Source: Candidatus Spyradenecus sp.
Lineage (GTDB): Bacteria > Verrucomicrobiota > Kiritimatiellia > RFP12 > DVOR01
Assembly: GCA_045613865.1 (NCBI GenBank)
Contig: JAZLBT010000013.1
Span: 26,846-90,845, forward strand
DNA: 64,000 nucleotides
Direction of reading: 5' to 3'
The position numbers and the translations under genes were made by a program. How positions within the stretch are numbered: the first letter of the stretch is position 1; each line of letters starts with the position of its first letter. Below, piece by piece: positions 1 through 8,793 of the stretch. The notes below the pieces were generated by a model. The model was not told where the DNA came from. It saw only the letters and a list, made by a program, of their open reading frames with translations, and did not search any database.

Positions 1-2
1 AT

Positions 3-770
3 GATGATGGAAACTTCCCTACATTCCCCATTGATGAGGGTGAAGACTTCATTGAAACATCCATCACCTCCGTTGATGACGATTCTCTTACCTCCATCAA
101 TCAATCCCCTCGCTCATTTGACATTACAGCGGACCAAAATCTTAACGACGCCCTTTGTGAGCTCCTCGTCCATTATTTTACCGACACCGCTGTCATGACG
201 TGCCTTGTGCAACATCTTCCCCCGAGCTTCGTTCACCACCCCTACACAGCTAAGCTCTACGACCTTGCCATCGAAGCCACACTTGCCAAGCGTGCGAATT
301 TATCTCCTTCTCGAGATGACCAAGCATTTGTTGACTTTCTCACGCACTGCTTTGCAATGCCCGATCGCATCCTTGCAAATAATGACGATATTACCCCTCT
401 TGCCTTCGCACAAGATCTCATTAAAAAATTCTGGCTTTCTGAATTTATCCTTCGCGAGCAACGTCTCGATCCAAACTCTGATGCGGCTTTTGAAATGGCC
501 CTTTCGCGAAAGCGCCTACAATCCTTGCCATGGGAGAATGCTGCGCCATTTATGAACGCTCTTGATCCGAAGCTTTCAGCGCCCGCGCCAGAAATCCTTG
601 CGCCAACCACACCACCAACGCGAAAAGACCCCCAACCCCTTGCGCTTGAGGATTCTCACGTCCCTCCTACTACGCAAACCACGCAAGAAGATCTCCAATC
701 TCCGTTAAGCGAAGACGACATTCTTGAAGACGTTCCCTATGAAAACTTTGACATCTATGCAATCCTCTAA
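3..770 (+). CDS. Hypothetical acidic protein, 5'-partial. The frame is open from the window edge and the track's 195 start is only the first internal Met.
   Basis: Frame 3 has no stop from position 3 to 770. The translation looks coding (acidic, Pro-rich C-terminus). The frame-1 ORF 1..198 reads as low-complexity and is probably spurious. Confidence 0.45.
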   Translation, partial: DDGNFPTFPIDEGEDFIETSITSVDDDSLTSINQSPRSFDITADQNLNDALCELLVHYFTDTAVMTCLVQHLPPSFVHHPYTAKLYDLAIEATLAKRANLSPSRDDQAFVDFLTHCFAMPDRILANNDDITPLAFAQDLIKKFWLSEFILREQRLDPNSDAAFEMALSRKRLQSLPWENAAPFMNALDPKLSAPAPEILAPTTPPTRKDPQPLALEDSHVPPTTQTTQEDLQSPLSEDDILEDVPYENFDIYAIL

Positions 771-1929
771 TGTAACTTCCCTTCAAAAAATTGAAAGCTG
801 GGCTCTTCAACGTTGTCCCCTTACACAAATTGAACGTCTTGAATCCATCGCCCAAGCGCTTACTCAATCCTTTACCCGAGAACGCCCCGATGCTTTTACC
901 CCCTACCTTAACACTCCTGACGCTCTTACCACCTATGCGCTTCTCTTTGCCCCCCAAACCTACGCTCGTGTAACAGCTGCGCTTGAGCAAATTTTCCAAC
1001 GGCTCCCTGATTTTCCGTCTCGCCCTTTGCGCATTCTTGACCTCGGTTGTGGCATTGGTTCTGCCGCACTTGCGGCCTATGATCTCCTTGAAGGAATGAC
1101 TGGCCATGCCCCCGAGTTAACAGGTGTTGACTGGTCAGAAGATGCTCTTCAAGCCTTTAAAACGATTCACCCAAAAGCAACAATTCTACGTTCAGATATT
1201 CGCGCATTCCAACCCACCTCGACCTACGATATTATTCTTTCTAGTTTTGCCTTTAACGAGGCACTTCCCGTCTTGCATGAAGCGCATGAAAAGCTCTATT
1301 CCCTTGCATCGGCTCTCACCGAAGATGCCCCTAGCTTTATTCTTTTACTTGAACCTGCAGATCGTATCGCTACTCCTCGACTGCTTGCGCTTCGCCCTCT
1401 TTTGACCCAACAAGGCTATCCACTTTACGCTCCCTGCCCCCATGCAGCTGCATGTCCCATGATAGCCTCCCAACATGGCATTTGCCATGACGTTCGAAAA
1501 TTTAAACCTCATCGTCCTGCCATCTTACTAACCCGACACTGCAAGAAAACGCTTGCAGAAATCAAATACACTCCCCTTGCCTTTGGTCGTAAAAATGGAC
1601 CTCATGCTAAAGGATTTTGCGACCCCGAATTTCTCCGTCTTGTGGGGCCCGTTGATCGTGGCAAGGGTGTACTTCAGGTTCGTGTTTGTATGGGCGATGG
1701 TACACTTCGTCGTCTAGAAATTCCCAATGCAGAGCTATCCTCCGATCGACGCCATAGCCTTCTCTCTCGCCAACGAGGAGACTGTGCTTGGCTTGATGGT
1801 CCAAATGACATTCGTAAACGTATTGAAAACGATACGGTTCAACGTACAGCAGACCTCTGTTTTATCGATGAAGATTCTCCCTCTCTCGACACTCTTGATG
1901 GTGAGGACTCTTTTACATTCTCCATCTAA
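724..1929 (+). CDS. Class I SAM-dependent methyltransferase, Rsm22-like, with a C-terminal Cys-rich region.
   Basis: SAM-binding motif LDLGCGIGSAALAAYDL. Downstream Cys cluster CPHAAACPM...CHDVRKF is typical of the Rsm22 family. Overlaps the upstream gene; alternative starts at 739 or 757. Confidence 0.55.
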   Translation: MKTFPMKTLTSMQSSNVTSLQKIESWALQRCPLTQIERLESIAQALTQSFTRERPDAFTPYLNTPDALTTYALLFAPQTYARVTAALEQIFQRLPDFPSRPLRILDLGCGIGSAALAAYDLLEGMTGHAPELTGVDWSEDALQAFKTIHPKATILRSDIRAFQPTSTYDIILSSFAFNEALPVLHEAHEKLYSLASALTEDAPSFILLLEPADRIATPRLLALRPLLTQQGYPLYAPCPHAAACPMIASQHGICHDVRKFKPHRPAILLTRHCKKTLAEIKYTPLAFGRKNGPHAKGFCDPEFLRLVGPVDRGKGVLQVRVCMGDGTLRRLEIPNAELSSDRRHSLLSRQRGDCAWLDGPNDIRKRIENDTVQRTADLCFIDEDSPSLDTLDGEDSFTFSI

Positions 1930-2105
1930 TTATGTATTTATTCTTCCCTTAACAAATGCATTTATTAAGGCGCTTTATATAACCTATGAGGCGCCTTAAT
2001 CGTCTATTTATATTTATAAAAAATCAATCTCGCAATTAGTTATCAGCTTACCTCAACGCAAATAACCTTTAGTATCTCGTCACACACTCATAGAGTTTTT
2101 TTCAT

Positions 2106-2132
2106 AAAAAAAGGCCCCGCTTTCGCGGAGCC
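2106..2132 (-). terminator. Rho-independent terminator downstream of the GH31 gene.
   Basis: On the minus strand, hairpin GGCTCCGC-GAAA-GCGGGGCC is followed by TTTTTTT, immediately after the stop at 2141. Confidence 0.7.
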
Positions 2133-2140
2133 ATTTTCAA

Positions 2141-5100
2141 TTACTTTGCCGAGCCCGCTCGGGAAAGTCGCATGTCAACCCAAACACCTGTAGCATCAGC
2201 ACTGCAATCTTCCGACTGCTTGACAAAGCTAAAGATAAGTTGCTTTGTACCAACAGGAATATCAACATTAACAAGTTGCTTCACATCTGTAGGCTTAATG
2301 CCAAGACGTTGGAAAATCTGCTTGCCATCAGCAAAAATGGTAAACGTTGAAGTACCTTCATTTGTATTTCCTGTTTCCATGCCGACGTGGCCAAGCACTT
2401 TCTCCCAAGTGCCATCAAGATCAATCGTCCATTGAGACCCTACGGTAACCTTGCGGCAACGCGGATATTCCTGGCCATCAACCAAACGTGTTTCATCGCA
2501 AATTGCCTTTGTTTCATCTGCGAGCGGTGCAGCGTTGATATCCTGATGGAAATCAATTTCTGCAGCAGAAGCATACTTTGCACCATTCTGCGAAGACGTA
2601 AAGACGAGACGAACGTAACGGCTCCATGTTGTATCAAAGTTAATCGTACGAGCTTCTGGCTTTTCAAAGGTTGCAAACTCACCTTCTGCAACCTTAATGT
2701 ACTGACCAGGGAAACGAGCAGTCCAAACTTCATAACCCTTCACTACACCATTACCAAGATTCTGGCGCGGAAGATACGAAACACCATTTAACGGATAGAG
2801 GCCATTCATATCCACATCAATCGCGTGCGGATAATCAACAGGAAGTTTACCATCCTCCTGCCAATAGGTATGCCACATCGTTTCATCCGTGCCATCAAAG
2901 GCATCCTTTGCCGGGCAGCTATTTGCCCAAGAAGAAGCCGAAACAAGGAATTCTGCCTTATCGAGTTCATTCGTGACTTCAGGCACAGGATATGGTTCCG
3001 TTGCTGCGATGGTGTCTGCGAGCGCGGGATTGACACGTACAAGCAAATCAACAGCTTCACTCGTCGAGCGACGATGCAACTTCACATGAAGCATACCATA
3101 GCGATCATCTGCATCATAATACCAGCCCTGACGTGCATTCTTATAAACCGATACATCGTCAAGCTGAAGCAGTTCCTGACCATCCACAAGCACCTTTAAC
3201 GGCTTTGTGCACATGTGAATTTCGAAAACATAGCAACGCTTTTGAAGCTTTCCTTCGAAGTCACCCACTGCAGGATTCAAATGCACCATAATATCGCCCG
3301 TGCCTTCAACTTCAGGAGCAGTACACTCAACAACCTGCTTCGAATATGCCCCCTCTTGATAAGCACGCGTTTCACCATCATCTTCGTAAACAACAAACGA
3401 TGCATAACCCTTTGGGTAAATATCAAACGTCAATGGATCTGGCGCCTTTTCACCCATGCTTATCATTTGCGGATACATCGGAAGAATCGAGCCTGCCTTC
3501 ACAAAAATCGGAAGCTTCGCCAAATCAATGGGATACGCTGCAATCGTTGTAGGCCCCACCACACGACGACCATCATTATAATCAATCCATGTGCCTTCAG
3601 GGAGATAGATTTCCTTCTTCCACCCCTTATTCAACTTCATCGAATTATAAACCGGTGCAATGAGCACTTCATTACCAACCATAAATTGATACTTTGTTGT
3701 TTCATCCCACGTATAACGATCATTCGGATAATTCCAAAAGAGCGGACGAATGATTGGTTCACCACAATCCCAAGCATTACGCATATACGCATAGAAGAAA
3801 GGCGTCATCCGCATCTTATGATAAAGCGCATCACGGAGCAACGAACGATACGGCTCATCATAACTCCACGGACCCTTATTCAAATGGCTCCACCCATTCA
3901 TTACATACATTGCCGGCGTCCAGCACTTCCACTGCATATCACGCAAATACGTTTCAGGGCTACCACCGAAAATACCATCAACATCTGTTGTTGCATATGC
4001 CTGACCACTCATTGCAGAACACGTCAACGTTGGAATATGATAGCGAATCAAATCCCATGAACCATACTGGTCACCCGTCCAACAAATACTATAACGTTGT
4101 GTACCTGCCCAACCCTGACACGTCCAAACAAATGCACGACCATCCGAATTCTTTTCAATTCCCTCTGCCGCCACACGGTTACACTCCAAGCCATGCTGAT
4201 AAGCTGGCCCCGACCATGCCACGTCAATCTTCTGCACACGCGTACCCGCTGTACCCACTTCCCAATCAATGAGATCAAGCGCACCTTCCGTCCAAAGACC
4301 CGTGCGGAAACCCAAATCCCAAAGTGTACTCACCGTATGAGCCAACTGCATGTGACCACTGCCATAGCCATCATTCACAAGCAACCAACCACCCGGCATA
4401 TCATGCTCACGATACTTCTTTGCCACCTCAATTGCTTGCTCATGTGTCACTTCCACATAAGTGCCATCAACATCCTGCTTAGGATCACGCGTATCCGGAT
4501 CACGCGTCATATAAGCATCCGCGTCACCGAGTTCAAGCCCCCACATCGGAATAAAATTCGGACGCCCCGTAAACAACGTATAAAGATCAATCGTCTTCTT
4601 AAAATCGCCGCCTATGAAATAAAACGCATCAAAGCGACGTTCACGATGAAACGTCTTCACAACGTCCTCACGCGAAAAATCATACGCCCCCACCGAGAAT
4701 GTATGACGAAGAACACCATAGCCCTTATTCGTGATATACCACGGAGCAGGATTAGGGTGCCCCCCTTCATCCCAATTGCAGTCCGCGACGATATCAATCT
4801 TACGGCCATTATGGCAAAGGTAACCATTCTGCTGGCCACCACCATAGAAGAACTCATCCTTCGCAAGTTTCAATGTCTGCACAGTCTCCACATCACCCAC
4901 ATCAATCGGTGCGGCCTCCTCGAAAATAACCTGCCCCAAATCATCCATCACCGAAATTGTTGCGTCCGCTTTCTTCAAGGTTACCGTGATATCTGGAGTT
5001 TCAAAGGTGTATGTCCCCGCCTCGCGATTATCACGAAACGTCACACGACTATTATCCTCCTTTGCAGCCTCAACGAGAATTTGCGCCTTTTCAGGATTAT

Positions 5101-5389
5101 TCAACGGATCCGTAAAGTCTGCCGTTGCATACGTCTTTACATTCCCATCCTTATCCTTGATAGGATTCCCTTGACGATCACGATACGGTGCCTGCGTTGT
5201 CGGTGCCGCGAGTAAACGGAAGACACGCGGAGTATAAAACTGTAAACGGAGCGTGATATTATTTTCCGTAATAATATCAAACGACTTTGACATTCCGCTT
5301 TGAGGAACCATCTTTAATACACGCCCAGGCACTATTGCAGACGCGCAAGCCGTCGCAAGCACCATCGCACCAAAAATCCATTGCTTCAT
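2141..5389 (-). CDS. Secreted glycoside hydrolase family 31 (alpha-glucosidase/alpha-xylosidase type) with a C-terminal F5/8 type C (discoidin) domain.
   Basis: N-terminal signal peptide. GH31 core motifs (…VNDGYGSG…, WTGDQYGSWDLIRYHIP, DVDGIFGG). C-terminal discoidin-like ~150 aa (WHTYWQ…YVRLVF…AAEIDF). Confidence 0.8.
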   Translation of the reverse strand: MKQWIFGAMVLATACASAIVPGRVLKMVPQSGMSKSFDIITENNITLRLQFYTPRVFRLLAAPTTQAPYRDRQGNPIKDKDGNVKTYATADFTDPLNNPEKAQILVEAAKEDNSRVTFRDNREAGTYTFETPDITVTLKKADATISVMDDLGQVIFEEAAPIDVGDVETVQTLKLAKDEFFYGGGQQNGYLCHNGRKIDIVADCNWDEGGHPNPAPWYITNKGYGVLRHTFSVGAYDFSREDVVKTFHRERRFDAFYFIGGDFKKTIDLYTLFTGRPNFIPMWGLELGDADAYMTRDPDTRDPKQDVDGTYVEVTHEQAIEVAKKYREHDMPGGWLLVNDGYGSGHMQLAHTVSTLWDLGFRTGLWTEGALDLIDWEVGTAGTRVQKIDVAWSGPAYQHGLECNRVAAEGIEKNSDGRAFVWTCQGWAGTQRYSICWTGDQYGSWDLIRYHIPTLTCSAMSGQAYATTDVDGIFGGSPETYLRDMQWKCWTPAMYVMNGWSHLNKGPWSYDEPYRSLLRDALYHKMRMTPFFYAYMRNAWDCGEPIIRPLFWNYPNDRYTWDETTKYQFMVGNEVLIAPVYNSMKLNKGWKKEIYLPEGTWIDYNDGRRVVGPTTIAAYPIDLAKLPIFVKAGSILPMYPQMISMGEKAPDPLTFDIYPKGYASFVVYEDDGETRAYQEGAYSKQVVECTAPEVEGTGDIMVHLNPAVGDFEGKLQKRCYVFEIHMCTKPLKVLVDGQELLQLDDVSVYKNARQGWYYDADDRYGMLHVKLHRRSTSEAVDLLVRVNPALADTIAATEPYPVPEVTNELDKAEFLVSASSWANSCPAKDAFDGTDETMWHTYWQEDGKLPVDYPHAIDVDMNGLYPLNGVSYLPRQNLGNGVVKGYEVWTARFPGQYIKVAEGEFATFEKPEARTINFDTTWSRYVRLVFTSSQNGAKYASAAEIDFHQDINAAPLADETKAICDETRLVDGQEYPRCRKVTVGSQWTIDLDGTWEKVLGHVGMETGNTNEGTSTFTIFADGKQIFQRLGIKPTDVKQLVNVDIPVGTKQLIFSFVKQSEDCSADATGVWVDMRLSRAGSAK

Positions 5390-5958
5390 AAAGACCTCAT
5401 CTCATAGAAGGAATAATAAACAAAATGAACACATCACCATATAATATACCATATATATTATAAAAAGAAAAGTAAGAATTAATAGCGAATGGAATATTGA
5501 ATATTGCACAATATAACCGCGGGGGTAAGAAGAGTACTTCTCAAAAGAAAGGATGTCAAAGAGGAAAGAAGAAGGATCATCAGCTTACGCCCCCGGGGGA
5601 CGGCGCGCCAAAATGAAAAATGTCAGCGAATCCGTTATAATGAAAGTTTCCAAACAAACCAAAATAAAGGACGCTGACATGGGCAATTATACCAAAAAAC
5701 GGGAGCATATTGACTACACAATGCGAAAAATTATTCAAAAACTTTGGAATTTTGATATTGATAGCCCAAAACACTGCTCAATCAAGTAACTTTCTGCTAT
5801 TTTGAGGATGCCGTATACAACGCATCGCGATGAAATTAAACAACACTCTACCACAATATCCCCATCAATAAAAATGTCGCCGCCAAGCGACATTTTCACT
5901 CTGTCACTAACCTTTATCTAATGCAAAATCAAACACGGAACGTTTGGCAATCAAACAT

Positions 5959-6050
5959 GGTGCGGTTTGAGCGTCATTCAGGTGCGGTTTGAACGTCGTT
6001 TAGGTGCGGTTTAAATGACACGTAAGTAAAGGTGCTTTAATCACGACATT
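5959..6050. repeat. Four tandem, progressively degenerate ~22-bp direct repeats (GGTGCGGTTTGARCGTCRTTYA). The last copy overlaps the 3' end of the 6037..7653 gene.
   Basis: Copies read directly: 5959-5980, 5981-6002, 6003-6024 and 6031-6050 (the last degenerate). Preceded by overlapping palindromes CAAAC-N7-GTTTG-N4-TCAAAC at about 5928-5956. Confidence 0.8.
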
Positions 6051-7653
6051 CACTCAGTGACATTTGATAATAAATCGTTCCCCGTGGAAATGTTATGAGA
6101 GGATATGCTGCTGGCATCTGAAGGTCGACCTGATAAATGCCACTTGCCTCCTCATCTCTGAAGATCACAGGGGCATCATAAACGACTTGTTGCGTTTCTC
6201 CAGAAGTTGCCCACACCGTCAAATGATAGGTTTTTTCTGCGTTAACAACGCTCTCCTCCGGTAAGATTATTTTAACCCTTACTAGTGGACCTTCTGCTTC
6301 AAGTAGAAAACGATCAAATCCTACATCAAAATCTAACGTACGAAATCCCTCTAATGTTGGTTCAAGTGGAAATTCAAACAATTCAAACGCATTTAACTCG
6401 TTTTCTACATCTTTTACACTCGAATCAAACTTCACCATTGCATCAGGCGCATTAACCACGATAATCTGTTCGTCATCAACTTCTACTCTTTCGGCAACAA
6501 GTGACGATGTAGGATTGGTAGGCGTTCCAGTAAAACACGCACAAAGCGTCGTCTCCATATCTACCACTCCCTCCGTATCAAGTGGGTAGCCATGCAGTTG
6601 TGTTTCTTTATTTAGACGTAAGATACCTCTTGTTATTTTTCCAGGTAAGACAAACAATTCATCTGGATAGGAAAAACTCGTATCATATGCTACACCTACC
6701 GATTTCATCGGCGTGTTGGAGATAGGCTTCCCCCCACGTGAGCGGATTTCTCCTCCATCCATTGTCACCGTTGTTGCACGGAATAACGAACATCGTTCCT
6801 TAACCCCCGACAGATCCTGTAATCGTAATCCTCCCGATGTCACAGAAGAGTCCACAACAACGTTCACTGTTGCTCCCTCAAGTCGAACAACTTTCGCCTC
6901 CGCAAGCGGACTAATAACAGGATTTGAATCCAACGTTCCGTCACTTGTTTTAAACAAAAGATTCCCAGATGCTAATGTTACCATTGCATCAATTACATAC
7001 TCTGTCCCATAGGACACTGGAAAATAGAGAGGTGCATAAGGTGTCGCAGGTTTTGCAACAAGACTTGTTCGCCCAACGAGCGTAAGCGAAGAAGATTTTT
7101 TATCTGCCCATGGTGCACGCGCGATATGAATCTCCACCTTAAGAGGATTCTCCTGCGTGAATCCCTTTGATGGAGCTGCTGTAATTGCGCTATGCCAAAC
7201 AGCTGCATATGATCCTACTTCTGAGCGTGCAATCAATGCGTTTTCACCCTCAAAAAGAATCTTTAAATTTGTCTTATATCCCTTGTTTTTTGGGCGGTCA
7301 ATAACGATTGGAGCAATGGTATAATGCGTATAATCAGAGTCGCTTGACGTTACAACTGATTGACTTGTTGGAGCAAGGTGACATTGATCAAGAATAAGCG
7401 TAACGTTTAAATCTTCTGTTGCATTATTTTTCATGACAATGCAAATTGAAGCATCTACAGGCTTCCCATTTGTTGTAATACGATATGTTCCAGACGTTTG
7501 AATTCTATAATTGTATTGTCGCACACCAGAGGCATTATTCAAGGGTAACTCCGATGTTCCCTGTGACAATGACCAACCGTTAAGAAAAGTTGCCACATCT
7601 GCTTTTAACATTGTTGCTAAAAGTCCAAGAAACACTAGGAGTGTATACTTCAC
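6037..7653 (-). CDS. Secreted hypothetical protein.
   Basis: N-terminal signal peptide MKYTLLVFLGLLATMLKA. No recognisable catalytic motifs. Last gene of the long minus-strand array. Confidence 0.5.
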   Translation of the reverse strand: MKYTLLVFLGLLATMLKADVATFLNGWSLSQGTSELPLNNASGVRQYNYRIQTSGTYRITTNGKPVDASICIVMKNNATEDLNVTLILDQCHLAPTSQSVVTSSDSDYTHYTIAPIVIDRPKNKGYKTNLKILFEGENALIARSEVGSYAAVWHSAITAAPSKGFTQENPLKVEIHIARAPWADKKSSSLTLVGRTSLVAKPATPYAPLYFPVSYGTEYVIDAMVTLASGNLLFKTSDGTLDSNPVISPLAEAKVVRLEGATVNVVVDSSVTSGGLRLQDLSGVKERCSLFRATTVTMDGGEIRSRGGKPISNTPMKSVGVAYDTSFSYPDELFVLPGKITRGILRLNKETQLHGYPLDTEGVVDMETTLCACFTGTPTNPTSSLVAERVEVDDEQIIVVNAPDAMVKFDSSVKDVENELNAFELFEFPLEPTLEGFRTLDFDVGFDRFLLEAEGPLVRVKIILPEESVVNAEKTYHLTVWATSGETQQVVYDAPVIFRDEEASGIYQVDLQMPAAYPLITFPRGTIYYQMSLSECRD

Positions 7654-7667
7654 TTCTACTCCTAACC

Positions 7668-8171
7668 TTATAAGGAGGTTGTCGTGCGAATTTTATAGTC
7701 AAAAAGAAGACTACGCACTTCCATAATAAGGTCTTCCTTAAATGTAAATTTATCAACTTTAATACCATTCACACGGCCCGCAAGAAGAACACGAGGAAAA
7801 AGCGGAGTATCTTCTGTAGCTTCTTCTAGATCAAAAAGCCCCGCATCCACAAGTATTTGGAGATGATATTTAATTTCTGACGGTGGCAAATGAAGGGTAT
7901 ATTTCTTAATATCACCATAAGTCGAGGTCTCATCAATACTAAACTGATCACTAACAGCAGCAGACATTCCTTCAATATAGGTAATATTACCATTCCCATT
8001 AATTTCACAATTAATTCGAGGTTTATCTTCTGCAAGTTGAAGTGTAATCTGCAAACGATTAAATTTAGAATCCGCAACATGTACATTATGATGTTCGCGA
8101 TACCAATACGGAGAACAACCATTCATTGTAAACGCAAAAAGAAAAAGTGTGATCATGAAAAAAATATGCAT
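7668..8171 (-). CDS. Hypothetical lipoprotein.
   Basis: Lipobox-like N-terminus (…FAFTMNGC). Sits 15 nt upstream of the secreted protein gene. Confidence 0.45.
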   Translation of the reverse strand: MHIFFMITLFLFAFTMNGCSPYWYREHHNVHVADSKFNRLQITLQLAEDKPRINCEINGNGNITYIEGMSAAVSDQFSIDETSTYGDIKKYTLHLPPSEIKYHLQILVDAGLFDLEEATEDTPLFPRVLLAGRVNGIKVDKFTFKEDLIMEVRSLLFDYKIRTTTSL

Positions 8172-8178
8172 ATCGAAA

Positions 8179-8793
8179 TTATCCTAAATGAGGTTGATAG
8201 ATATAAAGTGGCGCTTGAAACTCAAGGGTAATTTCACCTTGATCAAGCGTTCGATTAAGCGTTGCTTGCCAAAGATGCTCAAGCATAAGATTGCAAACCG
8301 GCCATTGTACTCCGCTAGCCGTAATTGTTTGACGCGTAAACGAAAGAAATGAAATCGGCGCATGAGTCTGAACTCTTACTGTTTGCAATTTTAATTCATT
8401 AGGCAAAATCAGTTGAAAGGTCCCACTTGGAGTGTGAATGGTCGCCGGCTTCGCCATCGCTGCAATAAGCGCAAGGTTGGCAAGCGTATGATCTTCTCGT
8501 TTACCTGTAACAGCAAAAAAATGCCAAATCGCCTTAGGGTAATGTTGTTGAGTCCAACGCATTGCCTTAGTGAGATCATTAGTATCTTGATCTTCATGAA
8601 GATCTGTAAGAAATTCCGCAGGGATAGCATCGCGACAGCTATCCATATCTCCTACAATTTGAAGGAGTGGAGGAGCCCCTGGAGGAGGAAGACGATCACA
8701 ACAAACACAACCATCACATTGTGCAAGTGCCGCTCGCGCATAAGGTGTATGCGCTTCTTCTCCATTAGCGATAATGGCAATAGTCTTGATCAT
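8179..8793 (-). CDS. thiN: Thiamine pyrophosphokinase.
   Basis: TPK motifs GDMDS (GDxDS), DQDTND (DQDTTD) and GKREDH, and about 200 aa in length. The start overlaps the upstream permease stop by 4 nt. Confidence 0.7.
   Translation of the reverse strand: MIKTIAIIANGEEAHTPYARAALAQCDGCVCCDRLPPPGAPPLLQIVGDMDSCRDAIPAEFLTDLHEDQDTNDLTKAMRWTQQHYPKAIWHFFAVTGKREDHTLANLALIAAMAKPATIHTPSGTFQLILPNELKLQTVRVQTHAPISFLSFTRQTITASGVQWPVCNLMLEHLWQATLNRTLDQGEITLEFQAPLYIYQPHLG

Noticed and set aside
1-198. ORF 1..198 (65 aa) at the window start.
   Set aside because: The translation is low-complexity and non-protein-like. A different frame (frame 3) is open from the window edge through 770 and looks coding, so the real gene is the 5'-partial 3..770 ORF.
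2172-5215. Many plus-strand ORFs (e.g. 3215..4060, 4097..5215, 3754..4272) inside the GH31 gene.
   Set aside because: These are antisense shadow ORFs of a well-supported 1,082-aa GH31 CDS. Their translations are low-complexity (His/Arg/Ile-rich) and non-protein-like.
5553-5789. Lys-rich 78-aa ORF (plus a 64-aa antisense partner) in the gap between the GH31 gene and the 6037..7653 gene.
   Set aside because: It lies in an AT-rich promoter/leader region with no RBS and has a composition-driven Lys-rich translation. It is most likely a spurious ORF.
5959-6050. Tandem 22-bp repeats considered as a possible CRISPR array.
   Set aside because: The repeats are directly adjacent without spacers and there are only four degenerate copies. 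No cas genes are present. This is not a CRISPR array.
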